64,000 nt of DNA, from positions 44,170 to 108,169 of the forward strand of contig CBDCGX010000050.1 in NCBI GenBank assembly GCA_965216965.1, in the 5' to 3' direction. Position numbers and translations under genes: made by a program. Below, in pieces: positions 50,851 to 60,971 of the stretch. The notes under the pieces were generated by a model, which searched no databases, was not told the origin of the DNA, and saw nothing but the letters and a program-made list of their open reading frames with translations. The stretch's first letter is position 1. Every line of letters begins with the position of its first letter. The stretch comes from Spirochaetia bacterium (GTDB lineage Bacteria; Spirochaetota; Spirochaetia; WTKD01; G963693115).

Positions 50851-52479
50851 ATGTATTCTCAAAAACCAGAAACTAATGTTGATACAGAAGCAACTCAAAA
50901 AAACAAAAATATAAAAAGAGAATTAACGAAATTTGAACAAAACATAGAGAAAACTATTAAACAAGAACAAGAATACCTCAAAGAACTAGAAATGTTTTAT
51001 AATGATCTTATAAAAATCCCTAAAAAGCCAGATTCTCAGTATCAAATATTTACCCGTCCCAATCAGTTTTATAAACAAGTTCTTAATCTTTCTAAAGAAT
51101 ACTCTGTAGGTTTAAATAAATATATAAATATTCTATTAACAACGCAGTCAGATTCAAGAAAAACACAATACGCCCGCACTCGCATTACCAGTGTCTTTTG
51201 GGATTTTTGTATAGATGCATTAAAAGACTTTTCTAATATTCATGATACCTCACTAATATTCTTTCTCCGCTATGGAATGCTTGTAACATCAGTAGTGCCC
51301 CCACCCATGCTTACAATTATAAACAACATAGACATTACACATCAGCCTAATATTTCTATCTTCTACATAGATGAATGGATCCGTGCTATTACAGAAGGAT
51401 TAATATCACAAACACTGCAAGATGAAGTAAAAAAGACAAGCGAAGAAACGAGAGAATCTGTACTGAGCATAATTCACCAACTAAAAAAACAAATAGAAGC
51501 ACAAACCAGACATGCAATAACAATAGACAGCGAACTCTCTACTTTTATAGCAGATTTTTCAAGCCAGTCAGATATTATTCTAAACTCCCGAGAGCCTACA
51601 GAAGACGGGTATTCTCTCCCTTATACACAAAACAACATAGAAAAAACAAAAAACATTTATCAAACCATTAGAAGTGTTTTAGCAAAATCAAAAGAACTCA
51701 AAATCACACACGATATAATTCAAAAAAATAGAGAACAAATCGAAAATCATGAAAGCAAGATTGAACAAGCCATAAATTCAGGTTCGAAAATAATCTCTAA
51801 TAGAATGGTATCGGATGAGCTTAATATAATAAGAAAAATGTGTAAAATGACCGCTGGTAGAAGAGGAAATACATTTCCCCTTCTCATAAACACATTTTTT
51901 ACTACAACTGACAATATAGGATATCGCGAAAGAGTAATACAAATACTTCATCAAATTGAAACAACAGATCATACAATATTTAAAAGAACTATTAGAGGAC
52001 AAGATATAAGGATATTCCCAAATATCGTTCTTGTTCCCAGTTATGGTGCTTCTGGTTTTTGTTGGGAACCATTTGAACGATATAAAAAGAATACTAGTTT
52101 AGGAAGAATTATTATCCCCATGTATCCCAAAGACCTGCAAATTGCAATATTACATGCACTCGGAGATTTTAGATGGCAATTAGCAAAACAAATTTCAGGA
52201 CCACTATGGATGGAAGAAGGCATTACAGGATGGTACTTTCAATGGTTTAACTCAAATATCAAAAAGGGAGATATTAAGAAAAGATTTATAATGGATTATA
52301 TCTACTGGATAAAATGGGAACAAACAGGCGTACAAAAACTAAACAAAGAAGTTCGTGAGATATTCTGGCGGTTTATTCCATTTAACCAGAAAACAAAGAA
52401 AGCACTTATTAGAATTTCTACAATATATCAAGCTCTATATAAAAAGGAACAAAACAGGCTTATGTCTAAGTTTCTTTAG
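50851..52479 (+). CDS. Hypothetical cytoplasmic protein, 542 aa, no recognised domain.
   Basis: Coiled-coil-rich N-terminal half. C-terminal half with W-rich segments (WMEEGITGWYFQWF). Ends 19 bp before the putative OMP gene. Confidence 0.5.
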   Translation: MYSQKPETNVDTEATQKNKNIKRELTKFEQNIEKTIKQEQEYLKELEMFYNDLIKIPKKPDSQYQIFTRPNQFYKQVLNLSKEYSVGLNKYINILLTTQSDSRKTQYARTRITSVFWDFCIDALKDFSNIHDTSLIFFLRYGMLVTSVVPPPMLTIINNIDITHQPNISIFYIDEWIRAITEGLISQTLQDEVKKTSEETRESVLSIIHQLKKQIEAQTRHAITIDSELSTFIADFSSQSDIILNSREPTEDGYSLPYTQNNIEKTKNIYQTIRSVLAKSKELKITHDIIQKNREQIENHESKIEQAINSGSKIISNRMVSDELNIIRKMCKMTAGRRGNTFPLLINTFFTTTDNIGYRERVIQILHQIETTDHTIFKRTIRGQDIRIFPNIVLVPSYGASGFCWEPFERYKKNTSLGRIIIPMYPKDLQIAILHALGDFRWQLAKQISGPLWMEEGITGWYFQWFNSNIKKGDIKKRFIMDYIYWIKWEQTGVQKLNKEVREIFWRFIPFNQKTKKALIRISTIYQALYKKEQNRLMSKFL

Positions 52480-52498
52480 ATAATTAGAAATTAATCTT

Positions 52499-54292
52499 AT
52501 GGTCATAAAAAATACCCATAAAATCCCTCTTTTGCTTTTATGTACTTTTGTTTTAGTTACGGGAGTGCCATTTTTCCCCTTTGCCCAATCTAACAAAGAT
52601 ATCACATCAAAAACCATAGTGCAATGGAAATTTACCCCCAAAACATCTACTGCTGTTGGATTTAACATTGATACTGCTACCATTGGAATGGCTGGAGTGG
52701 CACAACTTTCAGCAGAATATCTTATTAGCAAAAAACATACCGAAGAATTTACCAATGATGGATCAGAAGTATATGCACGCATTACTCTTAAAAATGTTCA
52801 AATACGATTTTACAAAGAAAAGCAAACTCAAACAAATGAAAAGGACTCTACCACTAATAACAATAGTATTGCACCCTATATTACATATGACAGAATAAAT
52901 GGGATTATATACCTCGGCCCCGTATATATTAACCTTGCAAACATTCTGCACGATACTATTAAAATACAAAATACTACAAACGATTTCATTCCATATTCTG
53001 TAATATCAACAGATATTATTCCTATATCGACAACATCGGGGTATTTAGAATCATCCCTCTTATATAGTAATAAAGAGAATAATAGCTATAAAAAAAATCC
53101 AACCCCATCCTTTAAGTACGAACCTACAAAAACATTTTTTAAAACCATTCCAAGTAGCCTTGGTCTCTCAATTGGGATACTTATTAAAGAGTATTTTGAT
53201 TTTAGACTGGGAATTACCACAATGTACAGTTATGCACAAAGCATCCCTTTTAATTATAACCCCTTATCACTTTCGTTATTTTTCTCACTCCTTGGAATTA
53301 AAAACCTATCTTTTTTTATACACTCTGGAATTACAACTGGAATAAACGGATATAATACCTTTGATATAGACAATCCTTTAACTATTATAATGTTTTCTAG
53401 CTATACCTTTAATCTACCATCAATATCACTTACTCCACTACTGGGAGTACAGTTCAAACATATAGTCATGAAAAGCATAAACCAAAACGAAAGTGAAACA
53501 GGAAAATTCTTATATCAATTTGTAGACACAAATAAAGTTTCAATTATACCTATAAATATTTTTGAACTTAGAGCTGGAATCAAATTGAAATGGAAGCCAT
53601 TGCAAAAAACACAAGAAAAAGGAAACTATTTAGACCTCAATGGAACCACACAAGAATATGTGACTGATGGAATCTCTTTAACATTTATTTACGGGAATGA
53701 TGTTCATTATATATTTAGACAAACCATAGTGCCTTACCTGGGCGTAAAACTTGCTCTCTGGGAAAGTGAAAGCACTCTCAATACTGGTATTGTTCAAGGA
53801 TGGAAAGCAGGGATAATACTTAACATTAACCATTCACAAGGAGGCTTTGTAGAAAACATTTCTGGTCTTAAAACATCTTATACATCTGTGAGATTAGAAT
53901 CAAGAACTGATTTGGGTCTAGGGTTAGAAACAGAAGTGTCTATTAGTTTTTTTAAAATACGTATTGGTATTATAAGCAAAGTTTTTGATATATTCGACAA
54001 AAAAACAATTATAAAAAATATTGGACTTAATTTTCCTATGAAACGAGTATATCCAAATAGAATAGATGTTAGAACCTTCATTGGTCTGTCAATTGTAAAA
54101 ATCATACCAAATACAACCTTTGAATTACTATGGCAAACCGGAGATTTATATAAGGATAAAACAGAATATTCAGTAACTACAACAAAGATAGATGATAATT
54201 TTTTTAGAATTCAAAATAATTCTCATAGCTATTCATTCCCTTCTGATAACACATGGGGATATATTTCATTAAGTGCAACTATAACCTTTTAG
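52499..54292 (+). CDS. Putative outer-membrane beta-barrel protein. May be a spirochaete Msp/Tpr-like porin, but this is unverified.
   Basis: Signal peptide LLLLCTFVLVTGVPFFPFAQS. Long stretches of alternating hydrophobic residues. The C-terminal ...YISLSATITF ends in Phe, as OMP beta-signals do. Confidence 0.45.
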   Translation: MVIKNTHKIPLLLLCTFVLVTGVPFFPFAQSNKDITSKTIVQWKFTPKTSTAVGFNIDTATIGMAGVAQLSAEYLISKKHTEEFTNDGSEVYARITLKNVQIRFYKEKQTQTNEKDSTTNNNSIAPYITYDRINGIIYLGPVYINLANILHDTIKIQNTTNDFIPYSVISTDIIPISTTSGYLESSLLYSNKENNSYKKNPTPSFKYEPTKTFFKTIPSSLGLSIGILIKEYFDFRLGITTMYSYAQSIPFNYNPLSLSLFFSLLGIKNLSFFIHSGITTGINGYNTFDIDNPLTIIMFSSYTFNLPSISLTPLLGVQFKHIVMKSINQNESETGKFLYQFVDTNKVSIIPINIFELRAGIKLKWKPLQKTQEKGNYLDLNGTTQEYVTDGISLTFIYGNDVHYIFRQTIVPYLGVKLALWESESTLNTGIVQGWKAGIILNINHSQGGFVENISGLKTSYTSVRLESRTDLGLGLETEVSISFFKIRIGIISKVFDIFDKKTIIKNIGLNFPMKRVYPNRIDVRTFIGLSIVKIIPNTTFELLWQTGDLYKDKTEYSVTTTKIDDNFFRIQNNSHSYSFPSDNTWGYISLSATITF

Positions 54293-54371
54293 CTATGCTA
54301 TTAAAATATATTCTAAGAATATAATAAATAACTGCAGACATCAAATACACTTCATGCTACACTAGAAAATC

Positions 54372-55805
54372 ATGGCAGAAAGTATTTCAAAAAAAGAAGA
54401 CAATTTTTCCGATTGGTATGTACAAATTGTTACTCGTGCACAACTTGCAGACTATAGTCCTGTAAAAGGAACTATGGTTATTCGGCCTCGTGGTTATGCA
54501 ATATGGGAACATATGCAAAGAGAGCTAGACGATCGTCTAAAAAAAACAAATCACCAAAATGCATATTTTCCTTTCTTTATTCCTCAAAGTTTTATAACAA
54601 AAGAAGAAGAACACGTAAAAGGATTTTCCCCTGAACTTGCAGTAGTAACACATGGTGGAGGGGAAAAGCTAGAAGAACCTCTCATAGCACGACCTACTTC
54701 GGAAACAATTATATGGAGTATGTATAAAAAATGGATACAATCATATAGAGATCTTCCTCTTCTCATAAATCAATGGGCAAATGTTATCCGTTGGGAAAAA
54801 CGAACTCGTCTTTTTTTACGGACAACAGAGTTTCTATGGCAAGAAGGCCATACCGCACATGAAACAAAAGAAGAAGCAAAAACAGAAACACAGACAATAC
54901 TTTCTCTCTATAAAGAATTTGCCGAAAATATTTTATCGCTTCCTGTTATACATGGAAAAAAAACAGAACAAGAAAAATTTGCAGGTGCAGTAGATACCTA
55001 TGCAATTGAAGTATTACTTCAAGATGGAAAGTCACTACAAGCTGGCACTTCACATTTTTTAGGACAAAACTTCGCAAAAGCATTTGACGTAACGTACCAA
55101 GCACGAGATCTTTCTCTTCATCATGTGTGGGCAAGTTCATGGGGAGTGTCTACTCGCCTTGTGGGGGCTGTTATAATGATGCACTCAGATAACAAGGGCC
55201 TCATAGTTCCACCTAAAATCGCCCCCACTCATGTAGTAATTATCCCAATATATAAAAAAAATACAGACAAACACGCTATTCGTACTGCTGCAAACAATAT
55301 ACGAGAACATCTTGCATCTCAATATAGCGTGGTACTTGATGATGATGAAAATAACTCTCCTGGATGGAAATTCTCTGAGTGGGAATTAAGAGGTGCGTGC
55401 CTCAGAATAGAAATAGGACCTAAAGATGTTGAAAAGAAACACGCTGTATGCGTTAGACGCGATACAGGCGAAAAACAAAATATAGCATGGGGAGATATAT
55501 CACACTACGTTTCACACACACTCAATACAATGCAAGAAGACCTTCTTAAAAAAGCAAAAAAATTTAGAGAGGATAATACCCATCGTGTAAAAATATTTGA
55601 AGAATTTATATCACTCATAGAAAAACCACTTCCTGGATATATTATTGCACCATGGGACGGCACTACAAAAACCGAGATTGCTATAAAAGAAAAAACAAAA
55701 GCAAGCATACGAATACTTACAGATGAAACACCTTTTCCCTCTACATCTTGCATATACAGCAAGGCTCCTGCAAAACATATTGCAATATTCGCAAAAGCAT
55801 ATTAG
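54372..55805 (+). CDS. proS: Prolyl-tRNA synthetase, archaeal/eukaryote-type (class II).
   Basis: 477 aa. N-terminal FSDWYVQIVTRAQLADYSPVKGTMVIRPRGYAIWE and class II motifs. Confidence 0.9.
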   Translation: MAESISKKEDNFSDWYVQIVTRAQLADYSPVKGTMVIRPRGYAIWEHMQRELDDRLKKTNHQNAYFPFFIPQSFITKEEEHVKGFSPELAVVTHGGGEKLEEPLIARPTSETIIWSMYKKWIQSYRDLPLLINQWANVIRWEKRTRLFLRTTEFLWQEGHTAHETKEEAKTETQTILSLYKEFAENILSLPVIHGKKTEQEKFAGAVDTYAIEVLLQDGKSLQAGTSHFLGQNFAKAFDVTYQARDLSLHHVWASSWGVSTRLVGAVIMMHSDNKGLIVPPKIAPTHVVIIPIYKKNTDKHAIRTAANNIREHLASQYSVVLDDDENNSPGWKFSEWELRGACLRIEIGPKDVEKKHAVCVRRDTGEKQNIAWGDISHYVSHTLNTMQEDLLKKAKKFREDNTHRVKIFEEFISLIEKPLPGYIIAPWDGTTKTEIAIKEKTKASIRILTDETPFPSTSCIYSKAPAKHIAIFAKAY

Positions 55806-56024
55806 ATAATAAAATACTAATTACATACTCTTTAAATTATAAGATTATTTATGTGTTCCTTTTGTAAGGATTGTTTTATGTAATAATACCTACAAACACA
55901 TAATTTAATGCTTTTATTACACGATTGTAATAAAACCTCAATATTAGTGACACATAATATAAAGATTTATTACTATACTACTAATATGCTTAAAAGCAAA
56001 ATTAATATTAAATAGGAGAATATA

Positions 56025-56438
56025 ATGGAAGAACACCATATATCAGAAAATTCTCAAAAAGAAGAGAAAAAAAATAAACATACCCATAAAACTATCATTG
56101 CAGGATTTGTATTAGCAGTATTAGGACTTATTTTAGTAAATATAACTCTAAGTGCAATAGGAGTCATATTATGTGCCATAGGTCTTGTTGACGCTAATAA
56201 AAAAACTGGCATACGAAAACTTGCTATCATAGGGCTTGTTGTCGCTATATTAGGATCATTCATCTCCGTTGGTAATCGCTATACGGGATATTCTATGATG
56301 GGAGAAAATTACAATGGAAAAGGATTTTGGAGAGGTCTGGAAAACAGGGAAGGATTTTGTAATGGAAACGATCATGACAATAATCAAAGATGGGGAAATC
56401 AACTAGAAAAAGCATTCCCTCCTAAAAACAAAAGATAA
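56025..56438 (+). CDS. Small membrane protein (DUF4190-like).
   Basis: Two TM helices (IIAGFVLAVLGLILV and LAIIGLVVAILGSFI) and a Gly/Asn-rich tail. Confidence 0.45.
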   Translation: MEEHHISENSQKEEKKNKHTHKTIIAGFVLAVLGLILVNITLSAIGVILCAIGLVDANKKTGIRKLAIIGLVVAILGSFISVGNRYTGYSMMGENYNGKGFWRGLENREGFCNGNDHDNNQRWGNQLEKAFPPKNKR

Positions 56439-56544
56439 ATATTCTTTAGTTAAAACCTCTACATATAAGTAGGGTTTTTAACCATATTTTTTAAAAATAT
56501 ACTATACTAAAAACATAGTTATAGTTTCATAAACTGGGGGGTAT

Positions 56545-57528
56545 ATGTCAAAAGAAAAAATTGCACAGCTTTTATTAACACTTCCGCCTTTAAAGGCTGG
56601 AGAAGTCCTTAGAAACCTTGACGAACACTCAATACTTAAATCTGGGCAAGCAGTTCTAGACGACCTTAATAACAAAATACCATCTACATCAACAGCATCT
56701 CCTCCTCATGCTACATCTGAGAAAATCTTTATAAAAGAGACAGAAACACCTCAACCAGCAGAAAAAGTAGTAAAAGCTCTTTATACAATAGCTTTTGGAG
56801 AAAAAAAAGCAGATACTCTTTTTAAAAAGCTAATTAAAAAGCAAGTTGTTGATAGTTTTGACTTCTTAAACCTGTATAACGAAGATATTCTTATAACAAC
56901 ATTCAAAGACGAGTCTCCTCTTATACTTGGTGTGATTCTTGGATATATGCAAAGCAAGAAGGCAGCAAAAATACTTTCCTTTTTTAAACCTCAAAAAAGA
57001 GCACATATAATTATGCAAATGGCACAGCATAAATATCCAAACACCATTGCTTTGCAAGCAATTATACAAACACTAAAGCATAAAATAACAGAAGTTATAA
57101 AAGAAAAAGAGCATCTAGAATCTCCTGGAGGCGTTACACGACTTACAGAAATACTTTCTCAACTTCCAATAGAACAACAGGATACTCTCTTATCTCACAT
57201 TAAAGATAACACATTAAAAAACAATGTTAGCAAACATCTTATATCATGGAAAATGCTTTTATCCCTTTCTTCACATGACATCCATACAATTATAAAAAAA
57301 TGCCCTATCAAAGAACTTGCCATGTTGGTTTTTACTGACGGGGTTGTTGCTCACCAAATAATTACAAAAGGACTAAGTGCTCATAATAATGATATCCTTA
57401 CTGAAGAAATACAACTATGTAAAAACCATACACATGTCATACATAAACACACCTTAGAGATATTACGAAACGACATATTTAAAAATGCACGAAAAATAAT
57501 GTCATATAATACAAAACTTGTAACCTAA
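56545..57528 (+). CDS. FliG-like protein (divergent paralog of the flagellar motor switch protein, or an MgtE-N-like helical domain protein).
   Basis: 327 aa. N-terminal KIAQLLLTLPPLKAGEVLRNLDE. Middle LILGVILGYMQSKKAAKILSFF resembles the FliG EHPQ-tiAlvL region. Not located near other flagellar genes. Confidence 0.4.
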   Translation: MSKEKIAQLLLTLPPLKAGEVLRNLDEHSILKSGQAVLDDLNNKIPSTSTASPPHATSEKIFIKETETPQPAEKVVKALYTIAFGEKKADTLFKKLIKKQVVDSFDFLNLYNEDILITTFKDESPLILGVILGYMQSKKAAKILSFFKPQKRAHIIMQMAQHKYPNTIALQAIIQTLKHKITEVIKEKEHLESPGGVTRLTEILSQLPIEQQDTLLSHIKDNTLKNNVSKHLISWKMLLSLSSHDIHTIIKKCPIKELAMLVFTDGVVAHQIITKGLSAHNNDILTEEIQLCKNHTHVIHKHTLEILRNDIFKNARKIMSYNTKLVT

Positions 57529-57551
57529 TAATGTAGTACTATAAATATAGT

Positions 57552-59039
57552 ATGGAATTATTACAATCTTTAGAAAAAAAATTATTGTGGAAATATTTTT
57601 TTGAACTTTCAAACATTCCTCGTCCATCTAAACACGAAGAAAAAGCTCAACAATGGGTAATACATTATGCAAAAAAATGGAATCTTCCGTATACACAGGA
57701 TAATTTTGGAAACATATTATTATCTGTTCCTGCAAATACGCAAACATTACAAAATGCCCCTTCAATTGTCATACAAAGCCATCTTGATATGGTGTGTGAA
57801 AAAGATGCTCATATTACCCACAATTTTTTTGAAGACGCACTCACATTACAAACAATAGAATATAAAAACACTAAATGGATAACAGCCTCTGGCACTACTC
57901 TTGGAGCAGACAATGGAATAGCAGTAGCTATGGCTATGGCTCTTGCAGACCCTTCCTGTGAAACATCTCATGGTCCGTTAGAACTATTCTTTACGCTTGA
58001 CGAAGAAACAGGACTAAACGGGGCCTTACATATGCAGAAAGACTTTTTCTCATCAGAATATCTCATTAACATAGATAATGCCAAAGAAGGAGTGTTGTGT
58101 ATAGGATGTGCAGGCGGAAAAGACTTTGTTGCCACCATCCCCATATGTAAAGAAGCTATTGTTCAAGAATATTCTCATTATTCGCTTGTCTTAGAGGGCT
58201 TTTCTGGAGGACATAGCGGGATGGAAATTTATGACGGAAGGTGGAATGCTCTTAAAGGGATTGAATGCCTCCTCTCAGAATTTGAAGAATCTTTTGAATA
58301 TCAGCTTTCTTTTATAGAAAGTGGTGAGAAACGAAATGCAATACCACATTTTGCAAAAGTAATCATACATACAAATAAAGACAATCTTACTAAAATTCAA
58401 AAAATATCAGATGCATATATTACTACATTTAGGAAAAGCCTTCCCACTCTTGAAAAGAATATAACAACACATATAGAAACTGATCCTTCTTCTCACACAC
58501 ATGCACTTTCAAAGGAATCTCTTTCTACTATTCTCACCCTCATTAGACAATGCCCCCACGGAGTACTACTTCGCAGAGGAACACAAAGCGATGATTCTTC
58601 TCTCTCAAACAACCTAGCTTCTATACGCACCCATGAAAATTCTATAGTTATAGTTAATAATAGTCGCTTCGATTCAAAATATGGAAAGAGATACATTTCA
58701 CGTATTATACTTTCAATTTTTGAAAAAATAACAAAAAACATATATACAGAAAACAATTATCCCGCATGGGAACCAGAATATAACACCCCCCTTCAGAAGC
58801 TTTTTATAAAATCATATAAAAAGCATTACAATACACCTCCTCTTGTGAGTTGTGTGCACGCTGGACTTGAATGTGGTTTTATAAAATCAAACACAAGCCA
58901 CCCTCTTGATATAATCGCTATCGGTCCTGATATTGAATTTTTACACTCTCCTAAAGAACGCCTTAATATTGAATCAACAAACAAAACTTGGACTGTACTG
59001 CGTACAGTAATACAAAACATAATGGATGTAAAATTATGA
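57552..59039 (+). CDS. pepD: Aminoacyl-histidine (Xaa-His) dipeptidase, M20 family.
   Basis: 495 aa. N-terminal LWKYFFELSNIPRPSKHEE, IQSHLDMV, GADNGIAVAMAM and DEETGLNGA match the PepD layout. Confidence 0.75.
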   Translation: MELLQSLEKKLLWKYFFELSNIPRPSKHEEKAQQWVIHYAKKWNLPYTQDNFGNILLSVPANTQTLQNAPSIVIQSHLDMVCEKDAHITHNFFEDALTLQTIEYKNTKWITASGTTLGADNGIAVAMAMALADPSCETSHGPLELFFTLDEETGLNGALHMQKDFFSSEYLINIDNAKEGVLCIGCAGGKDFVATIPICKEAIVQEYSHYSLVLEGFSGGHSGMEIYDGRWNALKGIECLLSEFEESFEYQLSFIESGEKRNAIPHFAKVIIHTNKDNLTKIQKISDAYITTFRKSLPTLEKNITTHIETDPSSHTHALSKESLSTILTLIRQCPHGVLLRRGTQSDDSSLSNNLASIRTHENSIVIVNNSRFDSKYGKRYISRIILSIFEKITKNIYTENNYPAWEPEYNTPLQKLFIKSYKKHYNTPPLVSCVHAGLECGFIKSNTSHPLDIIAIGPDIEFLHSPKERLNIESTNKTWTVLRTVIQNIMDVKL

Positions 59040-59515
59040 AAAAGAAAAAAATACTCTTTGTTTGTACAGGCAATATTTGTAGAAGTCCACTTGCTCATCG
59101 ACTGTTTGAAAAAATTGCAAAAGAAAAAAACCGTAAAGATCATTTTGAAGTGGATTCTTGTGGTATTGGAGCATGGCATGTGGGAGATAATGCAGATATT
59201 CGAATGCAAAAACTCACAATAAAAAAAGGATGGAAACTTGATAAGGTTGCTCGACAGATAACAATTAATGACTTTTATAATTTCGACATAATACTAGTAA
59301 TGGATAGGGGACATATTGCCTCGCTACAGTCTATGCTCAAAAACAATCCCAACCTAGTTAAAAAAATACATCTATTTAGAGAGTTTGATCCTCAAACATC
59401 AAAAGAAGATGATGAAGTACCCGATCCTTATTATAATCACGATAATTTGGATGGGTTTGAAGTTGTTTATACAATGATAGACCGAACGTGTAGAAAGGCT
59501 ATTGACGTTTTATAG
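59036..59515 (+). CDS. Low-molecular-weight protein-tyrosine phosphatase.
   Basis: P-loop LFVCTGNICRSPLA (CX5R) and the DPYY loop. The start at 59036 overlaps the pepD stop (ATGA). Confidence 0.8.
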   Translation: MKKKKILFVCTGNICRSPLAHRLFEKIAKEKNRKDHFEVDSCGIGAWHVGDNADIRMQKLTIKKGWKLDKVARQITINDFYNFDIILVMDRGHIASLQSMLKNNPNLVKKIHLFREFDPQTSKEDDEVPDPYYNHDNLDGFEVVYTMIDRTCRKAIDVL

Positions 59516-60085
59516 ATATATTCTTTGTATTGTTTCTATGCATTGAGATATCCATTGTGAACGTTGATTATATGTAGAATTCTTTACATCGTGCAATATA
59601 CAATATTCTTTTTTCTTAATACCCGTATAATATTTCAATCTTTTATGAAATATATCTAAAGACATCTCTATACTTTCTGCACATTTTTCATTGCTGGTAA
59701 CAGCATATACAATAGAAAGCGTATTAAGTTTCTTTTCAATACTCGGCACCTCAACATCTCTTTCATAAGAAAATGCCACTCCACTTGAGAATACTCTTTG
59801 TAGCCATCCTACCATTCTTGCTGGCGGCATAGACCACCAATCTGGAAAGAACAACACAAGTTGTGTGATATTAAGTAATTTTTTCTGAAATTCAAGCGTT
59901 TGTTCTTCAAAAGAAATTTTTCTTTTGAATTCTTCTTCACTTAGTATAGGATCATATTGTATCCCATCAAGGTAATAAAATGCTACTGGACGTTTAGCAT
60001 TATGTAACACTGTATACACATGAGTAGCCGCATTTACAACAAGACTATCTTTTAAAGGGTGAGAAACCACAATCATGCTATACAT
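59510..60085 (-). CDS. Flavodoxin-like NAD(P)H-dependent oxidoreductase (Flavodoxin_2, MdaB or KefG-like).
   Basis: MIVVSHPLKDS start. PDWWSMPPARMVGWLQRVFSSGVAFSY is typical of the family. Confidence 0.6.
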   Translation of the reverse strand: MYSMIVVSHPLKDSLVVNAATHVYTVLHNAKRPVAFYYLDGIQYDPILSEEEFKRKISFEEQTLEFQKKLLNITQLVLFFPDWWSMPPARMVGWLQRVFSSGVAFSYERDVEVPSIEKKLNTLSIVYAVTSNEKCAESIEMSLDIFHKRLKYYTGIKKKEYCILHDVKNSTYNQRSQWISQCIETIQRIYL

Positions 60086-60114
60086 AATAGTACTATTATG
60101 ATATAATAAATTGT

Positions 60115-60194
60115 AATCGTGGGGGTGCTAAAACTAGCTGAGAGAAATATAATCAACCCCTAATACCTGATTCGGATAATGCCGACGGAGGAAA
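60115..60194 (+). ncRNA. TPP (thiamine pyrophosphate) riboswitch.
   Basis: CGUGGGGGUGC...GCUGAGA...ACCCC...ACCUGAUUCGGAUAAUGCCGACGGAGGAA matches the THI-box consensus (GGGGUGC, CUGAGA, ACCUGAU-GG-UAAU-CC-GCG-AGGGA). Lies directly 5' of the transporter ATG at 60198. Confidence 0.85.
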
Positions 60195-60197
60195 CGA

Positions 60198-60962
60198 ATG
60201 GTAATTCAAAAATACATTCTCCCTTTTATTTTCTTTATAATATTTCTTTTGATATGGCAATTTCTTGTATCACTCGGGATTCTTCATGCATTTATAATTC
60301 CAGGACCTCTTTCTATTTTTGAGACTCTTATAAAAGACAGAAACCTTATAATACACAATGCCCTTATAACATCTGGAATAACACTACTCGGTGTATTTTT
60401 CTCAATTATTACAGCCTTTTTTACAGCAATAGCACTAGATACTTTTACTATTCTCAAGAATATTTTTTATCCCATAATACTTATGTTGCAAATAATTCCT
60501 ATACTAATATTTGCCCCCCTCTTAGTGCTTCTTTTGGGATATGGAATTAAGACACAACTTATTATAGTTACTCTTATGTGTTTCTTTCCTATACTTATAA
60601 GTTTGCTTCGCGGGTTTGAAAGCACATCAACAGAATATATATCATTACTGCAAAGTATGGGTGCAACACAATCACAAATATTTTACTGGATAAAATTTCC
60701 CTCTGCTCTCTTCTCAATGCTTTCAGGATTACGTATTGCCATTACATATTCAATTACAGCATCTATAATAAGCGAATGGGTTTCTTCTATTAACGGATTA
60801 GGAGTAATAATGATTAAAAGCCAGAAAAGTTTTCTCATAGAAAGAGTTTTTGCTATTAATGTAGTAATACTTATACTGAGTTTTTTCTTTTATAGCATTG
60901 TTGTGTTTATAGAAAAATCATGTATGCCTTGGAAAAAAACAAATATAAAATCAACTTCTTAG
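60198..60962 (+). CDS. thiX: ABC transporter permease (ThiX or SsuC/TauC-like, nitrate/sulfonate/bicarbonate family).
   Basis: 254 aa, 6 TM. Paired with an NMT1/THI5-like SBP and an ATPase behind the TPP riboswitch. Confidence 0.6.
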   Translation: MVIQKYILPFIFFIIFLLIWQFLVSLGILHAFIIPGPLSIFETLIKDRNLIIHNALITSGITLLGVFFSIITAFFTAIALDTFTILKNIFYPIILMLQIIPILIFAPLLVLLLGYGIKTQLIIVTLMCFFPILISLLRGFESTSTEYISLLQSMGATQSQIFYWIKFPSALFSMLSGLRIAITYSITASIISEWVSSINGLGVIMIKSQKSFLIERVFAINVVILILSFFFYSIVVFIEKSCMPWKKTNIKSTS

Positions 60963-60971
60963 GAGAAAACA

